From Candidatus Methylomirabilota bacterium (GTDB lineage: Bacteria; Methylomirabilota; Methylomirabilia; Rokubacteriales; CSP1-6), in NCBI GenBank assembly GCA_046726415.1, contig JBKPAK010000096.1, forward strand, positions 1-64,000: a stretch of 64,000 nucleotides of DNA. The letters run 5' to 3'. The first letter of the stretch is position 1, and each line of letters begins with the position of its first letter. The position numbers and the translations under genes are program-made. A model generated the notes under the pieces. The model was not told the origin of the DNA. It was given only the letters and a program-made list of their open reading frames with translations, and did not search any database. Positions 37,985 through 48,372 of the stretch are shown in pieces.

Positions 37985-39003
37985 TGGACCTCGGGATCTT
38001 CGACCATCTCGACCGGCGAGAAGGAGAACCGCTGGACGAGTTCTACGAGAGCCGCCTGCGCCTGCTGGCGAAATACGACGCGGCGGGATTCTCCGCCTAT
38101 CACCTGGCCGAGCATCACGCCACCCCGCTCGGACTGGCCCCGGTGCCCGGCATTTTCCTCGCCGCCGCCACTCAGCGGACCCGCCACATCCGCCTGGGGC
38201 CTTGCGTGTACTGCCTGCCGCTCTACGATCCGCTCCGGCTGATCGAGGAGATCTGCATGCTCGACCATCTCTCGCGTGGCCGCTTCGACTTTGGGGTGGG
38301 GCGGGGGATCGTCCCCTACGAGATGGCCTACTTCAACCTGCACCACCTCGAGACCGAGGAGATCTATCGGGAGGCCCTGGAGGTCATTCTGCAGGGGCTG
38401 ACCAGCGATGTTCTCGACCATCGCGGTGCGCGCTACACCTATCGGAAGGTGCCAATGATCCTCCGGCCCTTCCAGCAGCCACATCCGCCGCTCTGGTACG
38501 GCCTCGGTCACCTGGCCGGCGCGGAGTGGGCGGCGACGAACAACGTGCACGTCATCACCAATCACCCAGCCGAGGGCGCGAGACCGCTGTTCGAACGCTA
38601 TCGCGAGGTTTGGCAGCGCAAGCAGGGCAGGCAGCCGATGCCCAAGCTCGGGCTTGGCCGGCACGTCGTGGTCGCACCGACCGACGCGCAGGCCGAAGCG
38701 CTGGCCCGCCCGAACTACGCCGTGTGGTATGCGAATCTCACCAAGCTGTGGCGCGACTTCGGCGCCATCCCCATCCGCTTCGCTCGCGACTTCGACGAGG
38801 CCCGCCAGCGAGGCATCGCCATCGCGGGGACCCCGGCCCGGGTACGCGAGGAGATCGAGCACCAGGTGGCCGCCAGCGGATGCACCTACTTCGTCGTGCG
38901 GCTGATGTTCGCCAACATGACCGAGGCCGAGGCGGTGGGGTCGATCGACCTATTTACCGCCGAGGTGATGCCGCACCTGGCCGTGGTCGCTCCCCGCGCC
39001 TGA
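37984..39003 (+). CDS. LLM class flavin-dependent oxidoreductase
   Basis: AEHH, LYDPLRLIEEICMLDHLSRGR and PFQQPHPP motifs; TGATG overlap with the upstream stop. Confidence 0.9.
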   Translation: MDLGIFDHLDRREGEPLDEFYESRLRLLAKYDAAGFSAYHLAEHHATPLGLAPVPGIFLAAATQRTRHIRLGPCVYCLPLYDPLRLIEEICMLDHLSRGRFDFGVGRGIVPYEMAYFNLHHLETEEIYREALEVILQGLTSDVLDHRGARYTYRKVPMILRPFQQPHPPLWYGLGHLAGAEWAATNNVHVITNHPAEGARPLFERYREVWQRKQGRQPMPKLGLGRHVVVAPTDAQAEALARPNYAVWYANLTKLWRDFGAIPIRFARDFDEARQRGIAIAGTPARVREEIEHQVAASGCTYFVVRLMFANMTEAEAVGSIDLFTAEVMPHLAVVAPRA

Positions 39004-39022
39004 GCTTGCGCGGGCCCCTGGA

Positions 39023-40108
39023 TCAGGCGCCCCAGACCAGGCGCGCCGTCTCGGCGACCCGCAGGAGCTTGGCGCGCTGCTCCTCTGGCGTGATGCGGTT
39101 GCCGGCCATCGTCGAGGCGAAGCCGCACTGCGGGCTCAGGGCGAGGCGCTCACGGGGCATGAAGGTCGAAGCCTGGTCGATGCGGCGGCGGAGCTCGTGG
39201 ACGGACTCCAGGCGCGGCTTCTTGGTCGTCACCAGTCCGAGCACCACCATCCGGTCTTCGGGCATGGTTCGCAGAGGTTCGAACCCGCCCGAACGCTCGT
39301 CGTCGTACTCCAGGAGAAAGCGCTGGAAGTGGCTCCGGCTGAAGACGCGCGCGATGGGCCCGTAACCACCACTCGCATAGAACAGCGACTGGTTGTTGCC
39401 GCGACAGATGTGCAGCCCAAAGGTGACGCCGGGATGACCGTGGATGACCGTGTTGTCCATCTCGATGCAGGCGTCGATCAAGCGGTCGGGGTCGCTGCCG
39501 CGCTGGCGGTAGCCGTCGCGCAGGGTGGGGTCGAGGAGGGCGGCGTACTGGGGCGCGTCGATCTGGATGTAAGTGCAGCCGAGTCGGACCAGCTCGCCGA
39601 CCTCCCGCCGTGTGAAGTCCACCACGTCGGCCAGGTAGGCATCGCGCGTCGGATAGGCGCTCCGGGACCTCTCGGGATCGTAGTACGCCGCCGCCTGCTG
39701 GGTGCTGATGAGCGTCACCTTGACCGGGCGGGTGGTGCGCGCGCGGAGGTACACGAACTCCTCCGCGCACATGCCGCGTCGCCAGCGTAGCTTCTCCACG
39801 ACCACCGGCCGCTTGAAGACAAGGTTCTCGCCCTGTTCCCCGCGGAACGGGATGGCCCAGCCGCCGAACTTGTCAAATCCCTCCAGTGCCTCGACCAGAT
39901 GACCGAAGAAGGCGTAGCGGCGCATCTCGCCATCGGTGACCACATCGAGGCCGGCCTCCTCCTGAAGGACCACCGCCTCGTCCACCGCGCGGTCCTCGAG
40001 GCGCTTGAACTCATCCGAGGCGAGACGGGCGGCCTCGTGGGCCTCGCGAGCCTCCACGAGGAACGGCGGGCGAAGCAGGCTTCCCACGACATCGCTGCGA
40101 ATCGTCAT
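39023..40108 (-). CDS. cobalamin-independent methionine synthase II family protein (MetE C-terminal-like)
   Basis: DVVGSLLRP, TDGEMRR, QIDAP, HICRGN, LEYD and SPQCGFAS motifs. Confidence 0.9.
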   Translation of the reverse strand: MTIRSDVVGSLLRPPFLVEAREAHEAARLASDEFKRLEDRAVDEAVVLQEEAGLDVVTDGEMRRYAFFGHLVEALEGFDKFGGWAIPFRGEQGENLVFKRPVVVEKLRWRRGMCAEEFVYLRARTTRPVKVTLISTQQAAAYYDPERSRSAYPTRDAYLADVVDFTRREVGELVRLGCTYIQIDAPQYAALLDPTLRDGYRQRGSDPDRLIDACIEMDNTVIHGHPGVTFGLHICRGNNQSLFYASGGYGPIARVFSRSHFQRFLLEYDDERSGGFEPLRTMPEDRMVVLGLVTTKKPRLESVHELRRRIDQASTFMPRERLALSPQCGFASTMAGNRITPEEQRAKLLRVAETARLVWGA

Positions 40109-40129
40109 GCGGCACCTCAAACGAGGATG

Positions 40130-40225
40130 GGCGCGCGCGCCCTCCTCAACGAGTCGCCGGGCATAGACCCGCCCGATCCTCATCGCGCCACCGGTCACGA
40201 TGGCCACTCCGCCTTGGAGCTCGTG
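40130..40225 (-). pseudogene. N-terminal remnant of a short-chain dehydrogenase
   Basis: Reads ELQGGVAIVTGGAMRIGRVYARRLVEEGAR, then the similarity ends. Confidence 0.65.
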
Positions 40226-40237
40226 GGCTCGGCGGGC

Positions 40238-41294
40238 TCATGGCTTCTTGCAGATGACGTTGAGAAGCGCCTGCCGCCGTTCCTGGCGCACGGCGCGGAG
40301 CGCGCGCCGAAGGGCCCCGGAGAGCGCGGCCGGATCGTCCACCCGCTCGCCGTAGCCGCCGCTGGCCTGGCAAATCAGCTCATAGTCCGGCGAGGGGTCC
40401 AGATCGCTCAGCGGCATCGTATTCGTGCGCGCCGCCCAGCCCTGGGGGGCGTGCGAGCGCACCGAGCGCTTCACGGCGTGCCACGCTCGGTTGTTGAACA
40501 CCACGAAGAGCACGAGAAGATCGCTGGCCCGCGACACGAAGTGGGCGGCGGTCGGGGCTCCGAAGATGTCGGCACCGTCGCCCACGGTGCAGATCACCGT
40601 CTGATCGGACGCGGCCAGTTTGGCCCCCAGTGCGGCGCCCAGACCCCAGCCGAGGCCGCTCGAGGCCGGCGCCGCGAAGTAGTGGCCGGGTCGCCGGATG
40701 CACGTCTGCGCGGTGTGGAGATCGTATTCGTTCACGACGATGGTCTCGTCGTCGAGAACGTCGCCGATGCAGCGCGACAGCCAGAGCCACGCACGCGATG
40801 GACAGCGCGCGGTCGACCACGCTCTCGAGCTGGGCGAAGTTTCGCAGCTCGTAGTCCCACTTCACCCACTCGCGAAACATCGTCGCCTGGTCGAAGGACT
40901 CCTGGGTCCAGTGGATCTGGCGATCGCGAGCTCCGGGCAGCGCGCCCTCGGTGAGGGGAGTGCGGCCGGCCGTCATGAGGATCGGCACGTTGGCGCGCGC
41001 CGCGTTGATGATGCTCCCCAGCGCATTCGCGCCGCCCACGATGACATGCACCATCACCGCCTGAGGCCGGCGGGTGACCATGGTACAGCCGTGGGCCATG
41101 GCGACAGCCGGCACCTCATGCGGTACCGTGATCGGGCGGGGCCGCACATGCCCTTCGGCGAAACGCTTGGCGTAGGCCTCGATGAGGGGCGCGAAGTCGG
41201 TGCCGGCGTTGGCGAAGAGGTAGTCGACGCCACGAGCGGCCAGAAGCTCGAGATACGCCTCGGCCGTGCTCTCGATGCTGATGCGCTTGGCCAT
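40238..41294 (-). pseudogene. thiamine pyrophosphate-requiring enzyme (ALS-like) with the central domain deleted and a frameshift
   Basis: N-domain (ANAGTDF, VPHE, IHWTQE) joins out of frame near 40790 to the C-domain (WLSRCIGDVLDDETIVVNEY, GLGWGLG, GDG, NN). Confidence 0.85.
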
Positions 41295-41460
41295 GATCGG
41301 TCTCCAGGCCTGGTCATGGTCTCTCTCCAGTTGGGTTTCTCCCCAGGCCATGCCCGCACGCTCTCCGAAGTCCTGTCGTCGGGAGGTGCGAGCGCTAGCC
41401 TACCGCTGCCGGGTGATCCGGTTCAAGGATCGGGCGGCCGCCTGATGTAGAGTAAGCGGC

Positions 41461-42207
41461 GTGACGACCGGGCGGATGCGCGGAGGCTTCAATCAGTACG
41501 GCTTCACCGTGGGGATCCTCATGCTGGACACGCGGTTCCCTCGGATCGCGGGGGACATGGGCAACGCCACGACCTTTCCATTCCCTGTGCGCTATCACCG
41601 CGTGACGGGCGCCGCCCCGGACCTGGTGGTGCGGCGGGGCGCAGCGGCGCTGCTGCCGGCGTTCCTCGCCGGCGCCAAGGCCCTCGAGCAAGAGGGCGTG
41701 GGAGCCATCACCACCAACTGCGGTTTCCTGGCGAAGTTCCAGCGCGAGCTGAGTGCCGCGGTCGCGATTCCGGTGTTCACGTCCAGCTTGCTCCTCGTGC
41801 CGCTCGTCCATCGGATGCTGGCCCCCGGCCGGCGGGTGGGCATCATGACCGTCGACGCCTCGAGTCTGACGGCCGAGCACTTCGCCGGCGCCGGCATCGG
41901 CAGCGACATTCCCACCGCGGTGACCGGGCTCGAGACCGAGAAGGAGTTCACGCGGGTCTTGCTCGACGATGAGCTGGTGCTGGACGTGGACCGCGCCCGG
42001 ACCGAGCACATCGCGGTGGCCCGACGCCTCGTCGCCGAGTTCCCCGACGTCGGCGCGATTGTGCTCGAATGCACCAACATGCCGCCGTACACGGCCGACA
42101 TCCAGCGCGAAACCGGGCTTCCGACCTTCGACATCGTGTCACTCGTGACGATGGTGCACGGAGCGCTGATGGCCAGCCTCGCGCCCCGGCCGGCTCAGCG
42201 CGTTTAA
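41461..42207 (+). CDS. aspartate/glutamate/hydantoin racemase-like protein
   Basis: GILMLDTRFPRIAGDMGN, TNCGF and LECTNMPP motifs. Confidence 0.85.
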   Translation: MTTGRMRGGFNQYGFTVGILMLDTRFPRIAGDMGNATTFPFPVRYHRVTGAAPDLVVRRGAAALLPAFLAGAKALEQEGVGAITTNCGFLAKFQRELSAAVAIPVFTSSLLLVPLVHRMLAPGRRVGIMTVDASSLTAEHFAGAGIGSDIPTAVTGLETEKEFTRVLLDDELVLDVDRARTEHIAVARRLVAEFPDVGAIVLECTNMPPYTADIQRETGLPTFDIVSLVTMVHGALMASLAPRPAQRV

Positions 42208-42221
42208 AGACCCGCTTCGCC

Positions 42222-42785
42222 ATGGCCACCATCGAGACCGCGCGACTCCTGCTGCGCCCCTTTGCCCGCGACGATGCCGTCGAGCATGCTCGCATCTATG
42301 CGAAGCCCGAGGTGACCCAATTCCTGGCCGGTGGTCCCTTCCTCGGCGAGGTGGCTGCCCAGCGCTCGCGCGCGGCGCTCGAGCTCTTCGTAAACCATTG
42401 GAAGGAGCATGGCTTCGGGGTGTGGGCGGTGCTCGACAAGCCAACCGGCGCGCTGATCGGACAGTGCGGGCTCAAGTACCTGCCCGATCTCCCAGACGTC
42501 GAGATCCTGTACGCCTTCGACACGCCATACTGGGGCCAGGGGCTCGCGACCGAGGCAGGAGAGGCGGCCCTTCGCCACGGCTTTGAGGTCGCACGGCTGA
42601 AGCGCATTGTGGCCGTGGCGAAGCCGGAGCATCGCGCATCGCATCGGGTGATGGAGAAGCTCGGCATGGGCTACGAGGGCCTCGTGGAGGTGTACGGCGG
42701 GATCCACGCCGTACTCTATGCCATCTCGCGCGAAGCGTTCCGGAGCCGCGTGACCAGGGGCTCGTCGGCGGGCGGGAAGGCGTAG
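42222..42785 (+). CDS. GNAT N-acetyltransferase (RimJ/RimL-like)
   Basis: IETARLLLR, IGQCGL, YWGQGLATEA and ASHRVMEKLGM motifs. Confidence 0.9.
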   Translation: MATIETARLLLRPFARDDAVEHARIYAKPEVTQFLAGGPFLGEVAAQRSRAALELFVNHWKEHGFGVWAVLDKPTGALIGQCGLKYLPDLPDVEILYAFDTPYWGQGLATEAGEAALRHGFEVARLKRIVAVAKPEHRASHRVMEKLGMGYEGLVEVYGGIHAVLYAISREAFRSRVTRGSSAGGKA

Positions 42786-43120
42786 TCGCCGAGGCGCTCG
42801 GGCGGTACCCACGCCACTTCTTGGGCCTCCCGCGGTTCAACCCTCCCCGCCTCGAGCCGGCAACGAAAGAAGTGCAAGACGACAGTTTTCTCTGGATACG
42901 CCCAATGAATGGTCTCGAGCTCCTCTCCGACGCTGAAGATCGCCGACAGCTCCTCCGCAAGTTCGCGGCGCAGGCAGGCGTCCAGACTCTCGCCTCTCTC
43001 GCGCTTGCCACCGGGGAATTCCCACAATCCTGCGAGATGTGTTCCGTGGGGGCGCCGGGTGATGAGGTAGCGGCCCGCTTCATCCTGGATCACGGCGGCG
43101 GCCACCTCGATGAGGGGCAT
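42716..43120 (-). CDS. mutT: 8-oxo-dGTP diphosphatase (NUDIX)
   Basis: HLAGLWEFPGGK...ESLDACLRRELAEEL Nudix box; FPPAD. Confidence 0.88.
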   Translation of the reverse strand: MPLIEVAAAVIQDEAGRYLITRRPHGTHLAGLWEFPGGKRERGESLDACLRRELAEELSAIFSVGEELETIHWAYPEKTVVLHFFRCRLEAGRVEPREAQEVAWVPPERLGDYAFPPADEPLVTRLRNASREMA

Positions 43121-43127
43121 GAGTGTT

Positions 43128-43787
43128 TCACCTCAGCGGGTAGCTGACGCAGATCCGTCTGAGCGGACAGGCGCCGCACCGAGGCCGGCGCGGCGTACAC
43201 CAGGTGGCGCCGAAGTCCATCAACGCCTGGTTGAAGTCATAGCCGCGACCCCGCGGAACCAGCGCGGCGGCCAAATCCCAAAGAGGGCGGTCGCCGCGGA
43301 GGCGGGCGAGTCGTCGGGCGCCGACGAAGACCCGGCCCAGGACGCGACGCACGTTGGTGTCGAGAATCGGCTCGTCGCAGCCGTAAGCAAAGGAAAGGAT
43401 GGCGGCGGCGGTATAGCGGCCCACACCGGGGAGGCGCCGGAGTCCCAGCGCGTCGTTGGGAAGACGGCCTCGGTAGTGGGCCAGCGTCTCCCGCGCAATC
43501 GTGTGCAGCCGCACCGGCCGGATGTTGTAACCGAGCGGATACCAGAGGCGGCACACCTCGTCGACCTGGGCCGCGGCGAGGCTCGCGAGCGTCGGAAACC
43601 GCCGGAGAAACTCGCGATACTTGGGTAGGACGCGGTCGACTTGCGTCTGCTGTAACATGATCTCCGAAACCAGGATGCGGTAGGGATGGCGCGTCCGTCG
43701 CCAGGGAAGATTCCGCCCGTGGTCGGCGTACCACGCGAGCAGCCGGCGCTGAAAGGCGCGGATCGTTCGCGGGTCGGGCGGACGCAC
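43128..43787 (-). CDS. mutY: short A/G-specific adenine glycosylase (HhH-GPD plus Fe-S, no C-terminal domain)
   Basis: RNLPWR, VSEIMLQQTQV, LPGVGRYTA, LDTNVRRV, QALMDFGA and CTPRRPRCGACPL..C motifs. Confidence 0.82.
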   Translation of the reverse strand: MRPPDPRTIRAFQRRLLAWYADHGRNLPWRRTRHPYRILVSEIMLQQTQVDRVLPKYREFLRRFPTLASLAAAQVDEVCRLWYPLGYNIRPVRLHTIARETLAHYRGRLPNDALGLRRLPGVGRYTAAAILSFAYGCDEPILDTNVRRVLGRVFVGARRLARLRGDRPLWDLAAALVPRGRGYDFNQALMDFGATWCTPRRPRCGACPLRRICVSYPLR

Positions 43788-43827
43788 CGGAGCGGAGTCT
43801 ATCACGCCGCTCAGGTAGAATGACGCC

Positions 43828-44898
43828 ATGTCAAACCGGCTCCCGCTTCACGACCTCCACGTGGCTGCGGGCGCGATCCTCGAAGAGCGCGACGGATGGA
43901 CGCGACCGCGTTCATATGGCGATCCCGCCGAGGAGTACGCGACCGTCCGCCGCGCCGTAGGACTGATCGATCGGGGCGATCTCGGCGCGCTGAGGGTGAC
44001 TGGGCGCGATCGCGCGGCCTTCCTTCACGCGATGCTCAGCAACGACATCACGTCGCTCCCCGTCGGCCAGGGGTGTCGCGCCACGCTGCTCGACATCCAC
44101 GGCAAGGTGCAGGTGATCCTGGTGATCCTGGTGGGGGAGGAAGAAATCCTGGCCCTGACACCTCCCGGCATGGCGGCCTCGACCCTGGAGATGCTCGATC
44201 GGTACCTGTTCTCGGAGAAGGCCTATTTGAAGGATGCGACGGCGGAGACGGCCACTCTCGTGGTCGCGGGCCCCGAGGCGCCGGCCACCCTGAACCGGCT
44301 CGGGGCCACGCTCCCGGCCGACGCGATATGGTCGGAGCTGAAGACGTCCATCGACGGCGTCGAAACGCGGCTCGTCCGGGGAGGCATCGAGACCGGCGAG
44401 GTCGAATTCTGGCTCATCGCCGCCGCGGTCGACGCTCCGCGCCTCTGGCAGGAGCTGACCTCAGCGGGGGCTCGCCCAGTGGGGATCGCCGCCCACGAGT
44501 CGCTGCGCCTCGAGGCAGGGACAGCCGTCTATGGTCGCGACATCGACGGCAGCGTGCTCTTGTCGGAGATTCCGCTCGCCGAGCTCGTCTCGTCCACCAA
44601 GGGCTGCTATATCGGCCAGGAGGTCGTGGTGAGGATTCGAGATCGCGGTCACGTGAATCGCCACCTCCGTGGTTTGCTGCTCGACGGCGACGCGGTGCCG
44701 GAGGCCGGGGCCCGGGTGCACGTCGGCGAGACGGAGGTCGGCAAGGTGACGAGCGCGGCGTGGTCGTACGGCCTCGGGCGTGCGATTGCTCTGGCTTTTG
44801 TCCGGCGTCAGCACGCCGAACCAGGAACGGCAGTGGCAGTCAGCGCTGGGGATGGCCGGGTGACGGCCACGGTGAGCGCGCTGCCCTTCGCGCGCTAG
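43828..44898 (+). CDS. GcvT/YgfZ family folate-binding protein
   Basis: [14 protein letters not shown] and [10 protein letters not shown] motifs. Confidence 0.9.
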   Translation: MSNRLPLHDLHVAAGAILEERDGWTRPRSYGDPAEEYATVRRAVGLIDRGDLGALRVTGRDRAAFLHAMLSNDITSLPVGQGCRATLLDIHGKVQVILVILVGEEEILALTPPGMAASTLEMLDRYLFSEKAYLKDATAETATLVVAGPEAPATLNRLGATLPADAIWSELKTSIDGVETRLVRGGIETGEVEFWLIAAAVDAPRLWQELTSAGARPVGIAAHESLRLEAGTAVYGRDIDGSVLLSEIPLAELVSSTKGCYIGQEVVVRIRDRGHVNRHLRGLLLDGDAVPEAGARVHVGETEVGKVTSAAWSYGLGRAIALAFVRRQHAEPGTAVAVSAGDGRVTATVSALPFAR

Positions 44899-44905
44899 GG
44901 CGATC

Positions 44906-46918
44906 ATGGCCTCCAACCGGCTCGCCCGCGAAACGAGTCCCTACCTCCTTCAGCACGCGCACAATCCAGTCGATTGGTATCCGTGGGGTGAGGAGGCCCT
45001 GGCCCGGGCTCGTGCCGAGGACAAGCCGATCCTGTTGTCCGTCGGCTACTCGGCCTGCCACTGGTGCCACGTTATGGAGCACGAGTCCTTCGAGAATCCG
45101 GACATCGCCGCGGTTATGAACCGCTACTTCGTCAACGTGAAGGTCGACCGCGAGGAGCGCCCGGACGTGGACCACATCTACATGCAGGCGGTACAGTCCC
45201 TCACCGGGCGTGGCGGTTGGCCGATGACGGTGTTTCTCGCGCCGGACGGTACCCCGTTCTACGGAGGGACGTACTTTCCTCCCACCGATCGCCACGGACT
45301 GCCCGGCCTCCCGCGCCTGCTCGAGGGCATCGCCGAGGCCTGGAGGAACCGACGCGGCGAGGTGATCGAGGCGGGGCGCCGGATCTCCGAGCATCTGGGG
45401 CAGTCCGAGCGCCTGCGCGGCTCCGTGCAGCTGCTCACCGACGACGTTCTCTTCGCAGCGTTCCAGTCGCTCTCCGGACAGTTCGATGACGCCCAGGGCG
45501 GGCTCGGCGGCGCGCCCAAGTTTCCGCAGCCGATGATCTGGGACTTCGTGCTCCGAATGTGGACGCGCACAGGCAACCCGCGCGCGCGCCAGATGGTGAC
45601 CACGACCCTGACCCGCATGGCCCGCGGCGGGATGTACGATCAGCTCGGTGGCGGCTTCGCGCGGTATTCCGTGGACGAGCACTGGTTGGTCCCACACTTC
45701 GAGAAGATGCTCTACGACAACGCGCAGCTCGCGTCGCTTTACCTGGCCGGATGGCTAGCCTTCGCCGACCCGGAATATCGCCGCATCACCGAGGAGACCC
45801 TCGACTACATCCTGCGAGAGATGACGGATCCCGCGGGAGGCTTCTACTCGGCCCAGGACGCCGACTCCGAAGGGCACGAGGGCAAATTCTTCGTGTGGAC
45901 GGAGGAGGAAATCCGGTCACTTCTGCCGCCGCCGGACGCGGAAGCCGCGCTGCGCTACTGGGGCGTCGACCGCGGCCCCAACTTCGAAGGCAAAAACATT
46001 CTCTTCGTGGCCGAGGAGCCGGCGCCCGAGCAAATCGCCGCCGCGCGCCGGCAACTCTTCGACGCGCGCGAACGTCGCGTGCACCCCGGGCGTGACGACA
46101 AGGTACTGGCCTCCTGGAACGGGCTGGCTTGCCGCGCGTTCGCCGAGGCGGGCCGGGCGCTGGGGCGCGCCGACTACGTGGCGGCCGCCGTGCGCAACGC
46201 CAATTTCGTGCTCACCGCGATGCGCAGTGGTGGTCGCCTGCAGCGAACCTGGAAGGGCGGAGAGGCCAAGCTCAACGGCTATCTCGAGGACCACGCCATG
46301 GTGGCGCTGGCGCTCGTCGCCGTGTACGAAGCCACCTTCGAGCGCCGCTGGCTCGACGAGGCCCGAGCGCTCGCCGACGTCATGCTGGCGCTCTTCTGGG
46401 ACGATGCTATCGAAGGGTTCTACGACACGGGAAAGGATCATGAGGCGCTCATCGTGCGACCTCGAAATCTCTACGACAATGCTGTCCCGTGCGGCAGCTC
46501 CGTGGCCATCGAGGCGCTGCTTCGCCTGGCCCTGCTCTTGGGCGAGCCACGCTACGAGGACAACGCCGTCAAGGCGCTCCGCCCCATGGCCGATCTCATG
46601 TCGCGCTACGGCGCCGGATTCGGCCGTTTCCTCGGCGCCCTCGACTTTCACCTGGGACCCGTCGTGGAGGTGGCGCTGATCGCGGCGCCCCAAGGTGGCT
46701 GGTCGCCGCTGGCCGAGGAAGTCTTCGGGCGTTACCTTCCGAACCGCGCCGTGGTCGGCGCAGTGGAAGGGGATCGGAAAACCGCGGCCGGCATTCCGTT
46801 GCTGGAAGGACGCGGAACGCTGGATGGTCGGGTCACGGGCTACGTCTGCCGTAACTACGCCTGCCAACTCCCCACCACCGAGCCAGGCGTCCTCGGGAGT
46901 CAGCTAGACGCCGGCTAG
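44906..46918 (+). CDS. thioredoxin domain-containing protein (YyaL/DUF255 family)
   Basis: [38 protein letters not shown] and [11 protein letters not shown] motifs. Confidence 0.93.
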   Translation: MASNRLARETSPYLLQHAHNPVDWYPWGEEALARARAEDKPILLSVGYSACHWCHVMEHESFENPDIAAVMNRYFVNVKVDREERPDVDHIYMQAVQSLTGRGGWPMTVFLAPDGTPFYGGTYFPPTDRHGLPGLPRLLEGIAEAWRNRRGEVIEAGRRISEHLGQSERLRGSVQLLTDDVLFAAFQSLSGQFDDAQGGLGGAPKFPQPMIWDFVLRMWTRTGNPRARQMVTTTLTRMARGGMYDQLGGGFARYSVDEHWLVPHFEKMLYDNAQLASLYLAGWLAFADPEYRRITEETLDYILREMTDPAGGFYSAQDADSEGHEGKFFVWTEEEIRSLLPPPDAEAALRYWGVDRGPNFEGKNILFVAEEPAPEQIAAARRQLFDARERRVHPGRDDKVLASWNGLACRAFAEAGRALGRADYVAAAVRNANFVLTAMRSGGRLQRTWKGGEAKLNGYLEDHAMVALALVAVYEATFERRWLDEARALADVMLALFWDDAIEGFYDTGKDHEALIVRPRNLYDNAVPCGSSVAIEALLRLALLLGEPRYEDNAVKALRPMADLMSRYGAGFGRFLGALDFHLGPVVEVALIAAPQGGWSPLAEEVFGRYLPNRAVVGAVEGDRKTAAGIPLLEGRGTLDGRVTGYVCRNYACQLPTTEPGVLGSQLDAG

Positions 46919-46942
46919 AATCCTCGGCGGTCAGCTAGACGC
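46890..46942 (+). repeat. direct duplication of the last codons of the YyaL gene, placed just after its stop (22 bp, period 31)
   Basis: tcctcgggagtcagctagacgc (46890-46911) vs tcctcggcggtcagctagacgc (46921-46942). Confidence 0.85.
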
Positions 46943-47029
46943 GAGCGAGGATCGTGGGGCGCCAGGGGGGGTTGGAGACCTGAGCTGGGCCCCAATCTCG
47001 ATGGCCGCGCCGCCGTCGACGCGGGGTGG

Positions 47030-48247
47030 TCAGCGATAGGCGCAGGGCGGAACGACTGTCTTGAACGGTGCCTGGGTGAGGTGCCCTCCCGGAGGGAACA
47101 GTCGGAGCTGCTCGGGAGCGGGTTGTGATGCCAGGCGCCGCCCGCGAAGCGTGAGGAAGAACGCAGCGCGCACCGTGTCGACGCCGAGCCCCTTCAGATC
47201 GTCAATGCCGCGCAAGTTGACCCAGCGTCGCTCCGTCAAGAGCGTCCGGGCCGCCCGCGGTCCGACCCCGGGCACTCTCAGCAAGAGCTCGTACGGCGCG
47301 CCGCTGATCTCCACGGGGAAGACCTCGGGGTGACGGAGTGCCCACGCCGTCTTGGGATCGCGCTCGAGAGCGAGGTTTCCATCGGCCTCGAACACGAGGT
47401 CGTCGTAGCGAAAGCCGTAGTGCCGGAGCAAATGCTCCGCCTGGTAGAGCCTGAGTTCGCGAATGGGCGGTGTCGGCGGCCGTCCTTCCATCGGCGTTCC
47501 CACGACAGGCTGGAAGGCGCTGAAGTGGGCGTGATGCAGCAGTCGCTGGCCTTCGAGCCGCGCGACGAGGCTGAGGATGTCCCGGTCGCGCTCGCCGGCG
47601 GCGCCCACGACGAACTGCGTGGTCGTGCCAGCCGATCGCACGCGCGCCGGGTGAGGATTGAGGCCACTCTCGAGCGAGAGCCGGCCGGCGAGCTCCAGAG
47701 CCGGCAGCAGATCGCCAGTGAAATCCTTGTCGCGTGACAGCGTCCGGACGTAGCTGTCGGCCGGGCCTTCGAGATTGACGGACACGCGATTGGCCAACGC
47801 GCATGCGGCCTCGACCTGGGTGCGCTCGGCCCCGGGGAGAATCTTGAGGTGGACATAGCCGCGAAAGCGGTGGCGCCGCCGCAGCACTTCGACCGTCGCC
47901 AGCATGCGGTCCATCGCCCGGTAGGGCCGGCCGGGAACGCCGGAGGTGAGGAAGAGGCCGTGGGCGACGCCTCCTCGATGAAGCTCCATGAACGCCGCCG
48001 CGATCTCTTCGGCAGCGAGGGCGGTTCGCCTCACCTTGCCGCCGCAATACGTCGGGCAGTAACCACACGAAAGGGAGCACGCGTTGGTCTGCATGACCCG
48101 CATCAAGGTCGTGCTCCCTCGCCCGGGCACTCGGACCTTGGTGACGCCCACCGGACTGGATGGTGCATTCACCGCATTCGGGACACCGTGCTCCCGGTCA
48201 GGAAGGGCCGCCTCAGTGAGGAAGGTCACGCGTTGGCGCCGGTCCAT
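47030..48247 (-). CDS. putative DNA modification/repair radical SAM protein (TIGR03916-like, with HhH)
   Basis: TNACSLSCGYC, GLFLTSG, GYVHLKILPGA, TTQFVVGA, RELRLYQAEHLLRHYGF, DPKTAWAL and LLRVPGVG motifs. Confidence 0.88.
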   Translation of the reverse strand: MDRRQRVTFLTEAALPDREHGVPNAVNAPSSPVGVTKVRVPGRGSTTLMRVMQTNACSLSCGYCPTYCGGKVRRTALAAEEIAAAFMELHRGGVAHGLFLTSGVPGRPYRAMDRMLATVEVLRRRHRFRGYVHLKILPGAERTQVEAACALANRVSVNLEGPADSYVRTLSRDKDFTGDLLPALELAGRLSLESGLNPHPARVRSAGTTTQFVVGAAGERDRDILSLVARLEGQRLLHHAHFSAFQPVVGTPMEGRPPTPPIRELRLYQAEHLLRHYGFRYDDLVFEADGNLALERDPKTAWALRHPEVFPVEISGAPYELLLRVPGVGPRAARTLLTERRWVNLRGIDDLKGLGVDTVRAAFFLTLRGRRLASQPAPEQLRLFPPGGHLTQAPFKTVVPPCAYR

Positions 48248-48253
48248 GCGGTA

Positions 48254-48285
48254 TATACTAAACATAAGACGAGTATAGATGTCAA
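48254..48285 (-). promoter_or_regulatory. promoter of the radical SAM gene (TTGACA) with a TATACT-N12-AGTATA inverted repeat
   Basis: Minus strand reads cTTGACAtcTATACTcgtcttatgtttAGTATAtaccgcATG. Confidence 0.6.
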
Positions 48286-48372
48286 GAGGCCGTGGTGCGT
48301 CGGGGGATTGTCCCGCGTCGCCACCGCAGTAAGCTGGTCGCGCGGTAAGTCGACAGCCAGGAGACGATAGCT

